From a virus, in the IMG/VR virus record IMGVR_UViG_3300028666_000023, positions 89,104 through 153,103 of that record: a stretch of DNA of 64,000 nt; one strand, given 5' to 3'. Positions 45,479 to 54,698 of the stretch are shown in pieces. A program made the translations under genes and the position numbers. Position 1 is the first letter of the stretch. The number at the start of each line of letters is the position of its first letter. Below the pieces are notes generated by a model. It did not search any database, was not told the origin of the DNA, and saw only the letters and a program-made list of their open reading frames with translations.

Positions 45479-46425
45479 GTCAGGTCTTGCGGCGCGCGCC
45501 CACCGATGCTGCCCTTGAACGCACCGGCGATGCCCGAGCCGAAGTGCGGGCCCTTGGGCTTCGCAATCTGCGCGATCGACGGCCCCGGTCCAGAGAGCTT
45601 CGGTGCACCGACAGACTTCGCTGCCGAGGGTGCACCGCCGAGCGTCGGGCTCACGCCCATGATGCCGCCCGCGGCGCCCATCTTCTCACGCAGCGTCGCG
45701 ACGAACTTCGCCATCTCCTCGACGGGCATCGAGTACTTCGACTTCTTGAAGTCGCTCTGGTTGTACGTGACGTAGTCCGGCAGCATGTCGCCGTCCTTCT
45801 CCTTGGACTTCTTCGCCACGGGCGCAGGGTCGAACGCGAGATCGAGGTCGCTGCGCTTCTGGATGGGGCTCTGTAGGTCCGGAGCTGCGAACGAGGGGAT
45901 GTCGCTCGCCATCATGAAGTTCCCGCGCGTGGGCGCGCCGGCCGCTTGCTTGCGCTTCTGCACCACCGACTGGAGGTTCGGCGCAAGGAACCCGGGCGCG
46001 GAGCTCGCCTGCGAAGGGATGCTCGGGTTGAGGGGGTAGGAGTACTGGCTCGTCGTGAACGCGTGCTTCGCGATCGGCGCGACCTTGTCGATGAGCTTCT
46101 CGAGCCCGCGCTTGCCCGCGAGGTACGCCGGCGTGAGACCGGGAATCGGCACCCCCTGCATCGGGATGATCTCCGGGTTCTTGATGCCCACGGAGGCCAC
46201 GCTCTTCAGCGCACCGGCGATGCGCGGCGTGAACGTCTTGTCGGCCGCGCGATCGACCGCCGCCTGCGCGGGGCCCTGCAGCTTGCCGAACGCGTTCTCG
46301 ACTCCGTGCTGAAGACCCGCGAGCTCGTCGGGCGAACGCTTGCGCATCAGCAGCCGCGGCGTGTTGGGCACGTCAGTGGCGCCGAGGCGCACGAGCCGTT
46401 CGATGAGCGCGTCCTTCTCCATCAC
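45475..46425 (-). CDS. putative head-internal protein with multiple K-x-[AG] sites
   Basis: EKDA, AKHA, RKQA and EKMG separate low-complexity segments. Confidence 0.65.
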   Translation of the reverse strand: MMEKDALIERLVRLGATDVPNTPRLLMRKRSPDELAGLQHGVENAFGKLQGPAQAAVDRAADKTFTPRIAGALKSVASVGIKNPEIIPMQGVPIPGLTPAYLAGKRGLEKLIDKVAPIAKHAFTTSQYSYPLNPSIPSQASSAPGFLAPNLQSVVQKRKQAAGAPTRGNFMMASDIPSFAAPDLQSPIQKRSDLDLAFDPAPVAKKSKEKDGDMLPDYVTYNQSDFKKSKYSMPVEEMAKFVATLREKMGAAGGIMGVSPTLGGAPSAAKSVGAPKLSGPGPSIAQIAKPKGPHFGSGIAGAFKGSIGGRAPQDLT

Positions 46426-47054
46426 TTCTTCTTTTTCATGGCGGCGTCATGCTCGCCCTCGCGCTTGCCCACGTGATAGAGCGCCGCGCCGGAGGCGATG
46501 CCGCCCACGCCGCGCGCGATCTCGCGCGTGTCTCCATGCGCGACGCCCGACCCTGCCTCAATCGCCGGGCCGATGCGGTGCTTCAGAAAACCGTGCACGC
46601 CCTGAAGGCCATGCTCGAGTGCGCTCCGCGCCACATCTTTCGCATCCGCGCCCTTGCTCAAACCGGAGGACATCGGGGAGTCGGTCATGGCGCCGGGGGA
46701 CGGGGCGTACTCGCCGACGTGCTCCTGGTTCATGAACTTCTTGAGCTTGCCATACTCGGCCTTGCGATCGAGCTGCCGCGCGACGAGCGGGATGGCACCC
46801 ATTCCGATAGCGCCGCCGACCGCCCCCGCGAGCGCGCCGCGCCGCGTGGGGAGTGCGCCATGCTCGAGGGCGTTGCCGAGGAGCCTGGTCCCAGCGCCCG
46901 CGGCAGCACCGAGCGCGCCGTAGCGACCGACCTGCCCGAGCGTCGGCTTGCTCTGGTCGATCGCATCGAGCTTCTCGAGGGAGCGGTGGGCCTCCTCAGC
47001 GCTGACCGCGCCAAGCTTCTCGAGCTCGTCGAAGAACGCGTCGATCGGCAGCAT
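46422..47054 (-). CDS. putative head-internal protein, AFFDELEKLG leader, glycine-zipper helices
   Basis: Leader motif; GALGAAAGAG and GALAGAVGGAIG. Confidence 0.7.
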   Translation of the reverse strand: MLPIDAFFDELEKLGAVSAEEAHRSLEKLDAIDQSKPTLGQVGRYGALGAAAGAGTRLLGNALEHGALPTRRGALAGAVGGAIGMGAIPLVARQLDRKAEYGKLKKFMNQEHVGEYAPSPGAMTDSPMSSGLSKGADAKDVARSALEHGLQGVHGFLKHRIGPAIEAGSGVAHGDTREIARGVGGIASGAALYHVGKREGEHDAAMKKKK

Positions 47055-47617
47055 CAGTGGCCTCCGGCGAGACCGCCGAGCGCGGGGGCCGCGAGCACAC
47101 CGAGACCCGCGATCTCCGACAGCGGCTTGGCCGCGTGCGGCAGCACCTGACGCTTCTTCACGCCCTCGGAGCTGTAGTCGCCGTGGAGGCCCGCGCGCAG
47201 ATGCGCCTGCGCCTCGTCGAGGCTCGGGGCCGCGAGGATGCCGAGCCCGGCGAGCTCCGCCTTGTGCGCGCCCGCGCCTTGCGCGAGCGGCGCGAGGGAC
47301 TTCATGAGCCCACCGACGCCGGCCTCCTTGATCGCCTCAGCGAAGGCTGCCTTGTCGAGCATGTCGGGGTACTTCTGTTTGATCTTCGCGCGCACGGCGG
47401 CGAGGTCGGCCGAGTCGTGGTGCATCTTCGCGAAGCCGAGCGCGGAGCGCGCGTGCTGGCGATCGGGGATGGGGTACGCCTCCTCACCCGTGTTCGACTT
47501 CTTCGCCTTCACCGCGAAGTCCTTGCCGGGGAGCTTGTCGCGCGCGCTCTCGGTGAGCTCGCCCGCGATCTTGGAGAGCTCGTCGCGGCAGGACTGGATG
47601 CTGGTCAAATCGAACAT
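47054..47617 (-). CDS. putative head-internal protein with DUF6582-like domain
   Basis: CRDELSKIAG leader; LTESARDKLPGKDFA...YPIPDRQHARSAL...IKQKYP. Confidence 0.7.
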   Translation of the reverse strand: MFDLTSIQSCRDELSKIAGELTESARDKLPGKDFAVKAKKSNTGEEAYPIPDRQHARSALGFAKMHHDSADLAAVRAKIKQKYPDMLDKAAFAEAIKEAGVGGLMKSLAPLAQGAGAHKAELAGLGILAAPSLDEAQAHLRAGLHGDYSSEGVKKRQVLPHAAKPLSEIAGLGVLAAPALGGLAGGH

Positions 47618-47624
47618 GACTTCC

Positions 47625-48863
47625 TCACCTGAAGAACTTGCCGACACGTGCGAGCATACCAGGAGCCTTGGCCGCGACCGAGTGTTCTGCGGATTGCAGT
47701 GCTCCGCCGACGGCGCCGCCGAGTGAGGGGGCCTTCTTCATCAAGTTGAAAGGCGCCGCGGTCCCCATGGACTGAACGGTGTGCGCGGTAGTTCCAGACG
47801 CCGCGAGCGCAGGTCGAGCAGCGGGCAGCGCTGCACGTTGGGGGACAGCCGTTCGAACGTCGTCTACGCCACCCCCGCCGAGATGTTGTGCCGGTGGTGC
47901 CGTGGTCGGCGCGGCCTTCTGGATGTTCATCTGCGGGTTGAACACCTCCTTGCGGAGAGCTCCGACGTTCGCGTTCTGGCCGGGGTCGGCGCCGAACCGG
48001 CTGTCGCCCTTCGGTGCGTACGTGTGCAGCGAATCCAGCGCGTGGTTCGCCTGCCCTTCCGTGTGCGGCAAGAAGTCGAGCACCTTCGGACCTTGGGGGG
48101 AGTTCACGACGTTCCCCCAGTTGGTGCCGAGACTCCCTGAGGAGTTTCGGATCTTGGTGGTGTCCATCATGTGGTGGCCCTGCGCCTCCATCGGATTGAC
48201 CACCGTCTCGTTGACCTTGTTGACCGCGCCCATGTACTGGTCGCGAGGGTTGCTGTAGACCGCGCGCCCGTTGGCCTCGGCCTTCTGGCCGCGCAGGTCG
48301 GAGATGCCGGGCACGTACTCGTGGAAGGACGTCGAGCGTTGTAGTCCCCCTGCACCATGTGTCTCGTGACCGTACATCGCAGGCACCATGCTCTTCGCCT
48401 CGGGCGAGAGAGAGCGCGCTTGGTCGGTCATCTGCTGTTTGTGCTCGAGGAGCTTCGGCGTGAACTCCCCCTGAGACACGGGGCTGTCGGGTTTGTACAA
48501 CTTGCGCGCGACGTAGCCACTCTGGTTCACCTCACCCGTCGAGGGCACTGCCTTGCGTCCCATCATCAGGTCGACGCCGGCTTCCGCTCCACCAGGAGAG
48601 ATGTCCTTCAGCTGACGCGGCTTGAGTCCGAGGTCGCCGTAGCCCTTGGCGATCTGGTCGGCTCCTGCTTGGTTGCCCGCTGCATTCGCCGCCTGCCACT
48701 CCTTCACCGCGCGCGTCGCTGCGATCTTCGACCCAGGCGCCATCTTGATGGTCGCCATGCGCGGCGCGAGCGTCGTCAGCGCGTTGTTCGGACGGAGCTC
48801 CCCGGGTGTGGCGATCTTCGCGAGCTCGCTCTCGAAGGCGCTCTTGATGCTGTCGAGGTTCAT
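47625..48863 (-). CDS. protein-kinase-like domain protein with AFESELAKIA leader
   Basis: PGGAEAGV (Gly loop), VARKLY, VPAMYG, FHEYVPG, HMMD...NWGNVV, PKVLDF in kinase order. Confidence 0.65.
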   Translation of the reverse strand: MNLDSIKSAFESELAKIATPGELRPNNALTTLAPRMATIKMAPGSKIAATRAVKEWQAANAAGNQAGADQIAKGYGDLGLKPRQLKDISPGGAEAGVDLMMGRKAVPSTGEVNQSGYVARKLYKPDSPVSQGEFTPKLLEHKQQMTDQARSLSPEAKSMVPAMYGHETHGAGGLQRSTSFHEYVPGISDLRGQKAEANGRAVYSNPRDQYMGAVNKVNETVVNPMEAQGHHMMDTTKIRNSSGSLGTNWGNVVNSPQGPKVLDFLPHTEGQANHALDSLHTYAPKGDSRFGADPGQNANVGALRKEVFNPQMNIQKAAPTTAPPAQHLGGGGVDDVRTAVPQRAALPAARPALAASGTTAHTVQSMGTAAPFNLMKKAPSLGGAVGGALQSAEHSVAAKAPGMLARVGKFFR

Positions 48864-49375
48864 GCGTGCCCGCTCGGGTGGTTCATGGCACCGATGTCGC
48901 TCGAGTGTTGCCCGAGACCGGTGACCGTCGTTGCGTTCTCTCGCTGGTCGTATCGATCGACGGTGTTCACGTCGTCCAGGCTCGGGACGTCACCCTTCTT
49001 GCGTGGCTTTTTTGCTTCCGCAAACCCAGGTGTCTCACCGCCAGGGATGGGCCCGGGTCCCTCCGCGTAGACGCTGCCCTGCAGGGAACCATACTTCTGC
49101 TCGAGGGGAATCATCTCCCCCCGCGTGGGCCCGTCCCCCGAATGCTTCTTCGCTTTGGCGGCGCCGGGGTCGTCCACGCTGCCCGCCGCGGTGTCCTGGG
49201 GGTTTCCCTGAGAATCCGCCCCCTTGTAGAGCTCGCCGCGCTTGTCCTTGTCCAACAGCTTGTCCACTGAAATGGGACGGCGCCCCTCCCGCGACTTCGT
49301 AATATCCATGTGGCTCTCCGCGAAGGCGATCTTCGAAAGCTCGTCGTAGAACGCGGAGAGAACTTTGCCGTCCAC
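48860..49375 (-). CDS. putative head-internal protein, AFYDELSKIA leader
   Basis: GTG 6 nt after TACACT; internal repeat AKAKKHSGDGP / AKKPRKKGDVP. Confidence 0.7.
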   Translation of the reverse strand: MDGKVLSAFYDELSKIAFAESHMDITKSREGRRPISVDKLLDKDKRGELYKGADSQGNPQDTAAGSVDDPGAAKAKKHSGDGPTRGEMIPLEQKYGSLQGSVYAEGPGPIPGGETPGFAEAKKPRKKGDVPSLDDVNTVDRYDQRENATTVTGLGQHSSDIGAMNHPSGHA

Positions 49376-49418
49376 GACTGGAGTGTACCGCGGGCACGGA
49401 ACGTGCGGAAGAGCGGAC

Positions 49419-49622
49419 ATGCTCATCGTCGGACTCCTCGCCCTCATCATCTGCGTCGTCGGTCTGATCTTCTATCTCGCGTTCAATGCGATGTCGCGCG
49501 CGGCGTGGGTAGAAGTCTTCCGCATCATGTTCGCGATGGGGCTGCTCGCCTTTCTCATCGGCTCAGGGATGCAGAGCTGTTCCGTCGGAACAACCGGCGC
49601 GACCACCACAATCCACCACTAG
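49419..49622 (+). CDS. small two-TM membrane protein
   Basis: MLIVGLLALIICVVGLIFYLAF...IMFAMGLLAFLIG; stop overlaps the convergent gene. Confidence 0.65.
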   Translation: MLIVGLLALIICVVGLIFYLAFNAMSRAAWVEVFRIMFAMGLLAFLIGSGMQSCSVGTTGATTTIHH

Positions 49623-52600
49623 CCGAGAACGGCTCGAGCGGTCTGCAGCTGCGCGACAAATTGAAGAACAGCGCGCTGCTTGCGCTCGCGTGTGTCGCCG
49701 CGTTGCGCCGCCGTGCTCCCGCGTTGGATGCCCGTGATGTTCGTGATGTCCGGGTTCACGAGCCCGAAGAGGTCGTTGTAGGGACCGAACGCGCGCGAGT
49801 GGAATCCCTCGATGCCCTTCACGACGTTGATGCCGTCGGCGTCGAGTGCGAGATCGCTGGAACCGAACATGTCGTACATGCTGGCGATGGGGCGCCACGT
49901 GTAGTTCCGGATGAACTCGTCCACGTCGAAGCCGTTCGCGCGGATGTACGAGTACGTCTGAACTAGGAATTCAACCGCGTCTTGGATCGACGAGCCGTTG
50001 TCGAGCGCGAGGAGTCCGGCCTCGAGCCCGCGCGGGTCGTCGGCGTCGACCGCCTGTTGTACTTTCTGCAGCGCCTGCTCCGCGGTGTCGTACGAGACGC
50101 CGACTGACCCGCCGTTGGTGCCGGAGACCTGCTGCTGGTCGGTGATGGAGCCGGTGAAGAAGAACTCCTGGTACGCCTTGCCGATGAGCGAGGGGTGCCA
50201 GATGTCGCCGTACCAACCCGGGCGGATGTACTCCTCCGCGGGCAGGTCCACCTTCTGTTTCGTGTAGCGCGGCACGGACTCGGTGACGCGGAACGCGCGG
50301 AACTGCACCACGGTGGTGGGGTTGCCGAGGAGCGTCACGACGTCCGGTCCGTACGAAGAGGCGGGCAGGGAGAGACCGACGGGGACGTTGATCTTCGACG
50401 CCGTCGTCCCCGCGATCGGCGGACCCTGATAGTACGGCAGCTTCTGCCCGGTGGTGACGTCCTGCGCCTTGTACGCCGAGGTCGTCTCCTGCACCGCGGT
50501 GATGGTGCCGAGGTTCGGTCCGAGGCTGCCGATGGTCGGCGGGTTGATCGCCGAGACGACGGTGACGCGCGAGGCATCGGTGGACGCGCGCTTCTGCACT
50601 GTCTGGTCCGGGCGGATGACGCCGAGGAATTCAACGCTCTCTTCGTACTGCCGCGCGTAGCTGCAGTTGAGGTTCGTCGAGCCACCGCTCTGGCTGACGG
50701 AGTGCTCGACCTCGGTGAAGTTGGCGAGGAAGTGCGTGCCCATCAGGGCGTGCATCTCTTCGGGAGCGACGTCACCCGTTGCGCCGGCGGCCTGGTTGAT
50801 CAACTGCTGGCGAAGCGCGAGCGCCTCCGCGTTGACGTACTTGTCGATGACGAGGCCGGGGAAGCCGGGGGCGATGTACGGATTGAACTTTCCCGTGACC
50901 TGCATCGTGCGCGCGGCGAAGCGGTACTTGAAGTAGAGGAAGTTGCAGGAGCGCTGCGCCAAGCCGATCTTGGGCGGCCCGCCACCGTCGACTGAGCCCG
51001 AACGTGCGGCGAAGATGTTGAGCTCCCCCATCTTCTCGAAGACGGGCAGGATGCCGGTGAAGAGCTCGTGGTCGAGGAGGTCGTTCGACAGGATGGCCTG
51101 GAGCTCACGGCTCCCGCTCTTCAGCGTGAAGCCTTTCGGCGCGAAGTAGAACTGGTCGAAGAGCTCGTCCTCGCCGAAGAACTCGTCGTTCGTCTTGAGG
51201 AGCAACCGTGTGGGCTCTGTGAGGAACGCGCGCGAGTACTGCATGTCCCGGTAGTTCTCGGGGAACATGACGTTGCAGCGTGGCGGCGCGGAGAACCAGA
51301 CGTCGGGGCGGAAGATCTGCGAGTTGAGCCGCGCCGGCTGCGTCACCTTCGCCGAGGACACGACGATGAAGCCAGCAGCGAGCTGGAGCTGTGCGGCTGC
51401 GTTGTTGAGCGGCGTGGTGATAGACGCGATGATCGACGCCGACGCACCCGGCTGCCACTTCTTCGCGGCGGCCTGCGCCTGATCGAGCGAGGTCGACGCC
51501 GAGGCGTAGTACGACTTCGCCTGCTGCACCTGCGGCTGCGTGATGCGCGTGGCGGTGTCCCGGCAGGTCGCGCGCATGTTCGAGATGATCGTCTGCAGCG
51601 TCGCCGCGCCGAGCAAGCTCACCCCCGCTTGATCGGGCTGCGTGTTGAGGAGCTTCTGCGCGTTGTCGATCGACTGCAGGAGGCCGTCCGCCGTCGTTGC
51701 GATGAACGCGTTCTGTGGATCGGAGCGCACGCTCTTGCGCGTCACGCCGGACGGAGTGTTCCCCGTGCCCGGCACGTACCGCGGGCAGCACTGTGCGTAG
51801 GTCTCGTGGAAGATGATGCCCATCAGCGCGTTGATGGACTGCCGGATGGAGACCTGCTGCCCGAGGCCGCCGAGCGTGCGTCCGAGGAGGGAGTCGTAGC
51901 CGGCGGCGAGGAGGCGGAATGCAGTGGGGTCAGCCTCGTACGCGGTGATCATCTGCGTAATGTGCAGCTTGAGCTCCGCGATGGAGAAGAAGATGTTCTC
52001 GCCGGCGAACTGCTTGCCCTCGAAGTAGCTCCCGCCGATCGCCTCGAGCACATGCACGATGCCGCCGAGCAGGCCCTTGAGGTTCGGGTATTGCACCGAG
52101 GGGGTCTGGAAGATGCGCAAAATCGCCGAGCCCTCGTCCTCGAGGAAGTCGGTGAAGAGGTTCGTCGAGCCGCCGGAGAACATCGCCTTGAGGCCCGGCC
52201 CGAAGAGGTCGGTGTTGTTCCACTGGTAGGCGTAGTCCCAGTAGTTCGACCAGTCCATGCACTGCAGGACGAGCGAGCGTTGTGACGCGCTCTTCGTCCA
52301 CTGGAAGCCAACCATCTCGCCGCCGAAGAGGAGCTTGTAGTGGTCGTTCTCGATGTCCTGCAGGACGTTCTTGTCCCCAACATCGCCCGACGAACCGTTC
52401 ACGATCGTAGTCGAGCCCTGCTGACCCTGCTGGTAGTCAGACGGCGACTGGTTCGTGTTGCTGTTCGTGGCCGTTTTCGTGACTGGAAACGGAGAGGCGG
52501 CTTCGGCGAAGTCGTAGAAGTAGAGATGGACGAGCGTGCGCGGCAGGAGCTTCGTACCCTCGGGCAGCGGCGGGAGCTGGATGGAGCACGCCGCTGGCGC

Positions 52601-52696
52601 GTTCGGCGTGACCTGCACGGTCGCGGCGATGACGGGGACCTCCACGCCCTCGAGAAAGAGTCGAAGGCGCAGCCTCTGTGCGTACCCACCAGCCAC
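49619..52696 (-). CDS. putative baseplate hub / tail-associated protein
   Basis: 1025 aa; N-terminal LRLFLEGVEVPV...LLFGGEMVG...LVLQCMD and later FNPYIAPGFPG resemble gp27/gp44-type hubs; downstream of the tape measure gene. Confidence 0.65.
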   Translation of the reverse strand: MAGGYAQRLRLRLFLEGVEVPVIAATVQVTPNAPAACSIQLPPLPEGTKLLPRTLVHLYFYDFAEAASPFPVTKTATNSNTNQSPSDYQQGQQGSTTIVNGSSGDVGDKNVLQDIENDHYKLLFGGEMVGFQWTKSASQRSLVLQCMDWSNYWDYAYQWNNTDLFGPGLKAMFSGGSTNLFTDFLEDEGSAILRIFQTPSVQYPNLKGLLGGIVHVLEAIGGSYFEGKQFAGENIFFSIAELKLHITQMITAYEADPTAFRLLAAGYDSLLGRTLGGLGQQVSIRQSINALMGIIFHETYAQCCPRYVPGTGNTPSGVTRKSVRSDPQNAFIATTADGLLQSIDNAQKLLNTQPDQAGVSLLGAATLQTIISNMRATCRDTATRITQPQVQQAKSYYASASTSLDQAQAAAKKWQPGASASIIASITTPLNNAAAQLQLAAGFIVVSSAKVTQPARLNSQIFRPDVWFSAPPRCNVMFPENYRDMQYSRAFLTEPTRLLLKTNDEFFGEDELFDQFYFAPKGFTLKSGSRELQAILSNDLLDHELFTGILPVFEKMGELNIFAARSGSVDGGGPPKIGLAQRSCNFLYFKYRFAARTMQVTGKFNPYIAPGFPGLVIDKYVNAEALALRQQLINQAAGATGDVAPEEMHALMGTHFLANFTEVEHSVSQSGGSTNLNCSYARQYEESVEFLGVIRPDQTVQKRASTDASRVTVVSAINPPTIGSLGPNLGTITAVQETTSAYKAQDVTTGQKLPYYQGPPIAGTTASKINVPVGLSLPASSYGPDVVTLLGNPTTVVQFRAFRVTESVPRYTKQKVDLPAEEYIRPGWYGDIWHPSLIGKAYQEFFFTGSITDQQQVSGTNGGSVGVSYDTAEQALQKVQQAVDADDPRGLEAGLLALDNGSSIQDAVEFLVQTYSYIRANGFDVDEFIRNYTWRPIASMYDMFGSSDLALDADGINVVKGIEGFHSRAFGPYNDLFGLVNPDITNITGIQRGSTAAQRGDTRERKQRAVLQFVAQLQTARAVLG

Positions 52697-54426
52697 TAGA
52701 TTGTGACTCCCGTGGTGTTGGTCTGGCTGACGTTGCCGTCGGGCCCGATGAAGAAGTCGTGCGAGTCGGTGATCGGCGTGAAGGGCGTCAGCGTGCCCGA
52801 CACGATGGCCATGGAGAAGAGCGTGGGCGAACCGCCGACGTTGATCGACGCGCCCGCACCCGAGCTGGCGTACCCACCGCTCGTCGAGAAGCCGCTTGCA
52901 CCCGCCTGGAAGTTCGGGCCGCCGATGTACTGCTGCAGCACGGGTAGTCCGGTGCCGCCGCTGGAGCTCGCGACCGCAGCCGCGCCGACGCCGTTCGATT
53001 GCACACCACCCGGGCTCGCGCCGACGGTAACGGGGGAGCCAACCTCGGAGGAGTAGCCGCCGGGGATGCCGCCGCCGGCACCCTGCCCGCCGATGACGCC
53101 GCCGGAGACGGGAACGCCGTTGCCGTAGACCGGCGCGCCTGCCGAGGCGCTCACCCCCACGGCCGCGTTCTGCTGCGCCTGCGCTTGGATCGACGAGGTG
53201 AAGGACGGCGAGCCGGTGAAGCTGCCAGTGAAGCCGAGGCCGCCGTTGATGCCGCCGAACGAGTTCGAGGAGAAGCCCGACACGCCGAAGCTCGCGCCAA
53301 GTCCAATGCCCCCGAAGAGGCCGAAGGGCACGAACGCTCCGAAGAAGGGGAGCATACCGAGGTCGCCGAAGGTCAGCGGGTCGTTGATGTCCGCGCCGAA
53401 GAAGTCCGCCTGCTGCACGAGCGTCTGCTGCAGGTCGGTCACCTCCGAGTTGATGTCCGTCGGGCTGTACGTCGGCGCCGTCGGGGGCAGGAGCGCGGTG
53501 TACTCGTCCACGTTGTCGGAGATGAGGCCACGCAACGGAAGGGTCCGTCCCTGTCCCGTCTGCACCGCCTCGGCAGCGTTCTGCAGGATCTCATCGATGC
53601 TCGGGTTGCCTGTCGAAGTGACGCCCTGTTGGAGAGCCTGCGTGAGGCTTGAGGCGCCACCGAAGCCGCTCGCCTGCTGCGCGGCACCCTGCTGGGCTTG
53701 CTGAAGGGCGGCGGCCTCTTGAAGAGAGGCGTTGCCGGCGGCGCTGATGATCGCCTGCCCCGCCGTCGAGATGTCCGCGGTCGTGAGCGAGACATCCGCA
53801 GGCAGGTTCACGCTCGCGCGCACGGGGAATTCCGGCGCACCAACGAAGCTGAGGTTCTGGTAGTTCGTGATGTAGAGGCGGAACGACAGGTTCACGCTGA
53901 GCGGATTCATCGAATCCTTCTCCGCCTGCGCGAGGAGCATGTACCCCTCCACAACCGTGTCGTCGTAGAACAAGTACGTGCGCGCTCCGCGCTCGACACT
54001 CTTCGTACCGCGGAAGAACGTGTTGTAGTTCTCCCAGAACTCCGCCTCCCAGTTGAAGTCGTTCGAGTTCACGAGCACCGCGGTCACGTCGATGAAGCGG
54101 GGCGACTCACCAAAGAAGAAGATGTACGGCTCGCCGAACGTCTCCACGATCTGGTGCTTCTCCATCCGTGCTTCCTTCACGGCCTGCAGGATGAAGTTCG
54201 AGTACTGCGTGGTCTCGCCGTTCTGAGAGCCCGAGTCGATCAGCTTCAGCTCCGTGCCGTCGGACTGCACCACCTTGATGATGGCGTACGTGTCCTCTTT
54301 GATCTCGAGACCGCGCAGCGGTCGGCGCGCACGGTCCGTGCCCGCACGACGTGCAACCCCGTTCCCAGACTGGTTGTTGAAGACCTGGGTGAACGCGTCG
54401 GTAGAGAGCTCGATGAAGACGCTCAT
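52696..54426 (-). CDS. putative tail-tube-initiator/baseplate protein with low-complexity C-terminus
   Basis: NFILQAVKEARMEKHQIVETFGEPYIFFFGE domain; position after the tape measure gene. Confidence 0.6.
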   Translation of the reverse strand: MSVFIELSTDAFTQVFNNQSGNGVARRAGTDRARRPLRGLEIKEDTYAIIKVVQSDGTELKLIDSGSQNGETTQYSNFILQAVKEARMEKHQIVETFGEPYIFFFGESPRFIDVTAVLVNSNDFNWEAEFWENYNTFFRGTKSVERGARTYLFYDDTVVEGYMLLAQAEKDSMNPLSVNLSFRLYITNYQNLSFVGAPEFPVRASVNLPADVSLTTADISTAGQAIISAAGNASLQEAAALQQAQQGAAQQASGFGGASSLTQALQQGVTSTGNPSIDEILQNAAEAVQTGQGRTLPLRGLISDNVDEYTALLPPTAPTYSPTDINSEVTDLQQTLVQQADFFGADINDPLTFGDLGMLPFFGAFVPFGLFGGIGLGASFGVSGFSSNSFGGINGGLGFTGSFTGSPSFTSSIQAQAQQNAAVGVSASAGAPVYGNGVPVSGGVIGGQGAGGGIPGGYSSEVGSPVTVGASPGGVQSNGVGAAAVASSSGGTGLPVLQQYIGGPNFQAGASGFSTSGGYASSGAGASINVGGSPTLFSMAIVSGTLTPFTPITDSHDFFIGPDGNVSQTNTTGVTI

Positions 54427-54698
54427 TAGATCACCAGGTTGCTCTTGATGAGGACGTCGCGAAAGTTGCGCGCGGGCGTGAGGCCCGCGAAGGGCTCACC
54501 CTGCTGAAGGGCGAACGCCTCCGCCTTCACGAGGTTGGCGTGGCAGTCGTCGATGGTGATCTTGTCGCGCAGCGTGAGCGTGTAGAGGCGGCCGTTCTTC
54601 CGAATGACCGTCTTCACCTCGGTGCGGCAGGGAGTACAACCCGGCGGGAGACCGAAGGGCACCGCACCCTCGACGAACAGAAGAGACTTGGCGCTCAT
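54426..54698 (-). CDS. small protein in the tail operon
   Basis: Coupled to both neighbours. Confidence 0.65.
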   Translation of the reverse strand: MSAKSLLFVEGAVPFGLPPGCTPCRTEVKTVIRKNGRLYTLTLRDKITIDDCHANLVKAEAFALQQGEPFAGLTPARNFRDVLIKSNLVI

